Shown: positions 59,258-64,000 of the stretch, piece after piece | Layout of the letters: every line of letters starts with the position of its first letter | How positions within the stretch are numbered: position 1 is the first letter of the stretch | NCBI GenBank assembly: GCA_000004695.1 | Contig: CM000150.2 | Location: 4,832,001-4,896,000, forward strand | DNA: 64,000 nucleotides | Reading direction: 5' to 3' | Source of the DNA: Dictyostelium discoideum | Lineage: Eukaryota | Notes under the pieces: generated by a model | The model's input: the letters and a program-made list of their open reading frames with translations, nothing else | Told to the model about the DNA's origin: nothing | Database searches by the model: none | Program-made: the position numbers and the translations under genes

Positions 59258-59611
59258 TTTATATAATTGATTAACTTTTTTTTATTTATTTTTTATTCAT
59301 AGGGTCATTAAAAAAGATAAAAGTATTAGATTTAAAGAAACCAGCGATTTTACATTTACATTATAATACATATGTTGATCAATTAACGGTTACATCAATT
59401 GAAACTAATATTGCAAGTGTTCAAAATGCAACAGGTATACCATTTGAATCTGTTGAAAATGATTATAAAAAACAAGTTAATCTTGTTCAAGGATTATGGG
59501 AAACAACAAATAATAGATTAACAATTACACCTTCACAATCTAATAATTCTTTAGCAAAATCACAATCAATTAATAATCAATTAAATCAATCAACAACATC
59601 AACAATCAATC

Positions 59612-59677
<66 letters not shown>

Positions 59678-59741
59678 ATGAAGATGAGTTTGAAGATGAA
59701 TATATTGATAACCAAATAAAAGAAAAACAACAACAACTACT

Positions 59742-59775
<34 letters not shown>

Positions 59776-62529
59776 AATGAAGAAGAACCAATTGAAGATT
59801 ATATATTTTCAAATGAAATTTCAAGTGAATTAACAGAAGAATTTATTCAATTATCAATTGAAGAATTAAAAAATATAAAATTAACAAATATGATTGAAAA
59901 TACATTAAATAGTGATCAAATGATATTAATTGATAGGTTAAAACAATTGGAATTTTTAGGTAATGAATTATTTGAACATCAAAGTTCACAAGAGGAAAAA
60001 GAATATAATGAAGCAAGAAAGTTAAAATATGTAAATGGTTTAACACAATTCCAAGATTCAATTGAGGAAATGTCAGAAGATTATGTATCTTGTATGAGAA
60101 TGTTAATTAAAACCAATGATGCTGATATTGTATTAGATACTGATAATTGCAAAGATATTAAAATCAGATCATTGGAACAAAAGAGAATGGAAATTCTTGA
60201 ACGTCATCGTTTAGAGTTGGAACAATTCCAAGGGGAAGTTGATAGGGAGCTATCGGTATTCTCTGATCAACAATTACCATTGATAACAAAGAAAGTTGCA
60301 AATGAATGTTTTGAAAATAAAAAGAGATTATTAAATTCTCAAGAATCAATTGAAAAATCAATTCAAACTTATCTATCAAATACTTTTCCAGCTGTTAATC
60401 AACGTTATCATTTGGGTCCATTAATTTCAGAGAATTCAACAACAGTTTTTCGTGCTTTCGATTGTAAATCTTTAATTCCAGTTGCTGTTAAAGTTTTACC
60501 ACCTGTAGCTTTAAATATACCTGTACATGAAAATTTAACAAAAGTTTATCAAGTTTGTCAAACACCACAATCAATCTATGTCATTATGGAACCTTCAACT
60601 ACAAGTTTAAAACCATTAGTTGAATCAATGGATCAACATCAATTACCAATTTCAATGGTAATTTCAATTATGAAACAACTTTTACAATGTCTTTTATTTT
60701 TACATTCATCAAGTTTAGTTTATCGTGATTTAAATCCATCAAGAGTTTTATTAACTACCACCACCACCACTGCTAATGATGATGTTGATTGTGAACTACA
60801 ACAACAACAACAACAACAAGTAAAAGTTAAATTAACTCATTTTGGTATAATGAGATCATTACAAGGTAATGTTGATTCAGAACCAGCTGAAGATGGTATG
60901 ATTTATGGTTCACCAGAAATTTTTGGTAGAGTAATTAATACTGAATCCGATATTTGGTCTTTGGGTGTAATTTTCATTTATCTTTTACAAACAAAACAAG
61001 AAAGAACAAAACCATTATTCCATGGCCACAATAATAAATCTGTAATTGAAAGTATTGTTAAAATCGTTGGTAGACCTTTCCAAAAGGATATTGATAGAAT
61101 GATTGCAAATGGTAATATGACATCTGATGCAATTCAATTACTTCAATATGCAGCAAGTTTACCTGTACCATTTGAAGATTCTATTGATAATTTAAGATCA
61201 CATTGTTCATTAGCTTCTGATTCCGCTTTGGATCTTTTAACTCAAATGTTACAATTTGTACCACATAAAAGAATTTCAATTGAACAAGCTTTATCTCATC
61301 CATTCATTTTAAATTTACCAAAACAACAACAACAACAACAACAACAAAAACAACAACAACAACAGCAACAACAACAACAACAAGAAATAATCCCTAAAGA
61401 TGATTCCTTAACAGATATTAGTAGTAATAAACAAGAAACTGTAGTTTATGATGCTAATATTCAAATTAATCAAGAGGATTTAATTTCTAAAATAAAAGAG
61501 AATGAAATTCAAAAAGAAATTGATTTCAAAGAAAATCAAATTAATGAAGAAATTAAAGAAGATGTTAAGGAGGAGATAGAAGAAGATATTAAAGAAGAAA
61601 TCAAAGAAGAAATCAAAGAAGAAAGTAAAGAGGTTCAAGAAGAGGCTAAAGAGGAGATTAAAGAAGAAATCCAAATAGAGACACAAGAAGTTAAAGAGGA
61701 GATTAAAGAAGAAGTCCAAGTGGAGATTAAGGAGGAGAAGATTAAAGAGGAGATTAAAGAGGAGATTAAAGAAGAAACTCAGGAGGAGATTAAAGAAGAA
61801 AATAAAGATGAAATCCAAGAGACAATTAAAGAAGAGGTTCAAGTAGAGATTAAAGAGGAAATAAAAGAAGAAACTCAAGAGGAGATAAAAGAAATTCTAA
61901 ATGAAGTCCAAGTTAAAGAAGAGGTCAAAGAAGAAATCCAAGAAGAAGTTAGTCAAGAAACCCTAAGTGAAATCCAAGAAGAAGTTAAAGAAGAAATCCA
62001 AGAAGATATAAAAGAAGAAGTTAAAGAAGAAATCCAAAATGAAATCAGAGAAGAAATCCAAAATGAAATCAGAGAAGAAATCAAAGAAGAAATCAAAAAA
62101 GTTAGTGAAGAAATTCAAAATGAAATCCAAGAAGAAGTTAAAGAAGAAATCCAAAATGAAATCCAAGAAGAACAACAAGATACAATTAAGGAAGAAATCC
62201 AAGAAATTAAACAAGAAATAATTTCCGAAAGAGATACAAATCAAGAAGGAGAAATTAGTGATACAATTGTTTCAGATTCGAAAGAAGCAGACTCTATAAT
62301 AGAAGGACCAGTTACTTTAGAAAGGGATAATAAAAATGCAAGTGATCATGATGATGAGCAACAATTTGTAGAGGAAGAAATTGAAGTAGAGGAAGAAATT
62401 GAAGTAGAGGAGGAGATTGAAGTAGAAGAAGAAATTGAAGTGGAGGAGGAGATTGAAGTAGAAGAGGAGATTGAAGTAGAAGAAGAAATTCAAGTAGAAG
62501 ATGATACCGATAAATCAAATGATTTTTAA
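58352..62529 (+). CDS. N-myristoylatable WD40-repeat protein of about 1360 aa with a central Q-rich linker, a degenerate protein-kinase (pseudokinase) domain and a C-terminal acidic EIKEE/EEEIEV repeat region. Exons are join(58352..59207, 59303..62529).
   Basis: The start is MGNQQSSG, with Gly2 in an N-myristoylation context. WD repeats are present (GGMDGTIRLWQV, GTSDGIVRKH, SSMDRTIRLWDI, ASDTGTIAV). The phase-1 donor is T|GTATGT and the acceptor TTCATAG|GG. The kinase-like region has the beta3 Lys (PVAVKVL), but the catalytic loop is YRDLNPSR (HRDLKPEN expected) and the activation-loop motif is HFG instead of DFG. SPE and DIWSLGVIF are present. Confidence 0.8.
62371..62500. repeat. Seven tandem 18-bp repeats (gaggaagaaattgaagta, peptide EEEIEV) at the 3' end of the WD40-pseudokinase gene. 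They are preceded by about 700 bp of degenerate EIKEE-type repeats (61540..62230).
   Basis: Direct observation. The units alternate only in synonymous g/a positions. Confidence 0.9.
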
Positions 62530-62628
62530 GAAAACATTTATAAAATAAAAAATAAATGTTAAGATGATTGGTTTTTTTTTTTTTTTCTATATACAAAATT
62601 TTTTTTTTTTTTTTTATTATTACTTTTT

Positions 62629-63040
62629 TTATTTCTTTACAGTTGGTGTCGAACCTATATAATTAAAATCATCATCAAAACAATCATTTAAAATTGATTC
62701 ATGGTCTTGTCCAGATTTACTTTTTGCCCTCACTAAAAATAAATATTAAATTAGTTTTTAAAAAAAAAAATAATAATAATAATAATAATAAAAATAATAA
62801 TAACTTACATTCATGAAAATCATTCATTGATTTTAATTCTTCTTCACCTTGTTTAAGAAGGTTTTCAATTGTTTCGAAATCTTTTTGGTGAATTTCTTTA
62901 TTTGATCTAAATTTTAATTTAATATATGATTCCATCATCATTTGATTCTGATATTTTGGACACCTTTTTGCTGAATATAAACATCTTTTATATAAATCTA
63001 AAACAAGTCTTTTATTTTCTTTTATAATTTTAGATGACAT
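62629..63040 (-). CDS. LYR-motif (Complex1_LYR/LYRM family) small protein, 111 aa. Exons are join(62809..63040, 62629..62732).
   Basis: MSSKIIKENKRLVLDLYKRCLYSAKRCPKYQNQMMMESYIKLKFRSNKEIHQKDFETIENLLKQGEEELKSMNDFHE | LRAKSKSGQDHESILNDCFDDDFNYIGSTPTVKK*. The L-Y-K...F pattern resembles LYRM4/ISD11-like proteins. The donor is T|GTAAGT. Confidence 0.6.
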
Positions 63041-63305
63041 TTCTGTTTTTGCTTCTGTTGCAACACGTTTTTTTTTTTTTTTTTTTGGAAATGATAAATG
63101 TCACAAAATTTTTTATTTTTTTTTTTTTTTTAATTTTTTTTATTTTTTTTTATTTTTTTATTTTTAATTCCCTTTTTTTTAATTACAAATTTAAATTATA
63201 TTAAAATTATCACTATTGGCTATGAATTTTAAAGAATAAATAATAATAATAATTATATATATTAAATAATTTTTTTATTTTTCATTCAATAACTATTTTA
63301 TAAAA

Positions 63306-63311
63306 TGACTA

Positions 63312-63381
<70 letters not shown>

Positions 63382-63779
63382 TATCACTAGTAATAATAGT
63401 AGTGGTGGCGGTGGTAGTGGTAGTGGTGGATCAAACTTTGGATTTGGATGGGTATCATCATTTAGTGATCAATTGAATCAAATTAAAGATGTTATGACAT
63501 CAGAGGGTGGTTATGGTGAAGAATATGATGATGATAGAGATGAAGGTGAAGAAGAGGACGAAGTATTTGTTTTAAGAGCAGAGGCATTAAAGTATAAACA
63601 AGATATAACTCAATTAGAACAAAGAATTTTAGAGTTTGAACAAAGGGAAGTAAACATTTCAAAAGAATATTCTTTAATTTTAAAAGAGAAAAATAATGAA
63701 ATCTCTGATTTAAAATCAATAAATGAAAATTTAAAATCTTCTTTAATTTCACCAAAACAACAACAATTAGCTCTTGATG

Positions 63780-63866
<87 letters not shown>

Positions 63867-64000
63867 CAACAAATAATGTAGATATTAAAAAGGATCAACA
63901 ACAATTCACAAAACATGATAATGAATCATTAGGTATACCATTGGATGATGATGATTTTACAACTGGTGTCGGAGGTAAAGATGATAATAACAATAATAAT
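63306..64000 (+). CDS. 5'-partial view of a gene encoding an N-rich, acidic, coiled-coil protein (continues beyond the window)
   Basis: MTSNNNNN...SNFGFGWVSSFSDQLNQIKDVMTSEGGYGEEYDDDRDEGEEEDEVFVLRAEALKYKQDITQLEQRILEFEQREVNISKEYSLILKEKNNEISDLKSINENLKSS... The frame is open to position 64000. The antisense poly-Y ORF 63492..63872 is spurious. Confidence 0.55.

Noticed and set aside
59606-62596. Minus-strand ORFs (poly-V; F/L-rich 61480..62244; 62312..62596) and 62039..62221 (+)
   Set aside because: They are antisense or alternative frames of the (CAA)n and EIKEE/EEEIEV repeat regions of the WD40-pseudokinase gene.
63492-63872. Poly-Tyr 126-aa minus ORF
   Set aside because: It is the antisense of the (AAT)n tracts in the plus-strand partial gene.

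Overview
This 64-kb window is eukaryotic nuclear DNA with the typical signature of Dictyostelium discoideum. Base composition is about 75-80% A+T, with near-pure A/T homopolymer intergenic tracts, (CAA)n and (AAT)n coding microsatellites giving polyQ and polyN runs, short AT-rich introns with GTAAGT/GTATGT donors and AG acceptors, and poly(dA) tracts abutting start codons. It is not prokaryotic, so no CRISPR arrays, operons or phage and IS elements are expected, and none were seen.

I can support about 25 protein-coding genes on both strands. Introns were placed by hand and exon coordinates may be off by 1-3 nt. The ORF track evidently accepts TTG/GTG/CTG starts and reads straight through in-frame introns, so several of its 'M' starts and ORF ends are not real.

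Confidently recognised genes are:
- DNA topoisomerase II (top2, 3' end runs off the window)
- Nek2 kinase
- two tandem histone H3 variant genes
- ribosomal protein L35a
- gamma-SNAP
- a verprolin/WIP-like WH2 protein
- an NPC1-like sterol-sensing transporter
- an SLC4/BOR-family anion transporter
- a sucrase/ferredoxin-like thioredoxin-like protein
- an ELAV/CELF-like protein with three RRM domains
- a ZC3H14/Nab2-like CCCH zinc-finger protein
- the DNA primase large subunit
- CCT/TCP-1 alpha
- an LYR-motif protein

Several orphan or low-complexity proteins were also found.

The most interesting objects are:
- a minus-strand gene encoding an RBR-like RING1-IBR region fused to a MYCBP2-type RING-Cys-relay (RCR) tandem-cysteine domain with both relay cysteines conserved (25327..28262)
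- a myristoylatable WD40 protein whose C-terminal kinase domain has lost the catalytic Asn and the DFG Asp, so is a predicted pseudokinase, followed by long EIKEE and EEEIEV acidic repeats (58352..62529)
- a BRCT-domain protein with an acidic tract and a C-terminal hydrophobic segment
- an atypically long 3.7-kb gene-free interval containing GC-richer islands and a perfect 21-bp inverted repeat flanked by 25-bp direct repeats

No tRNA, rRNA or transposon could be supported from sequence alone.
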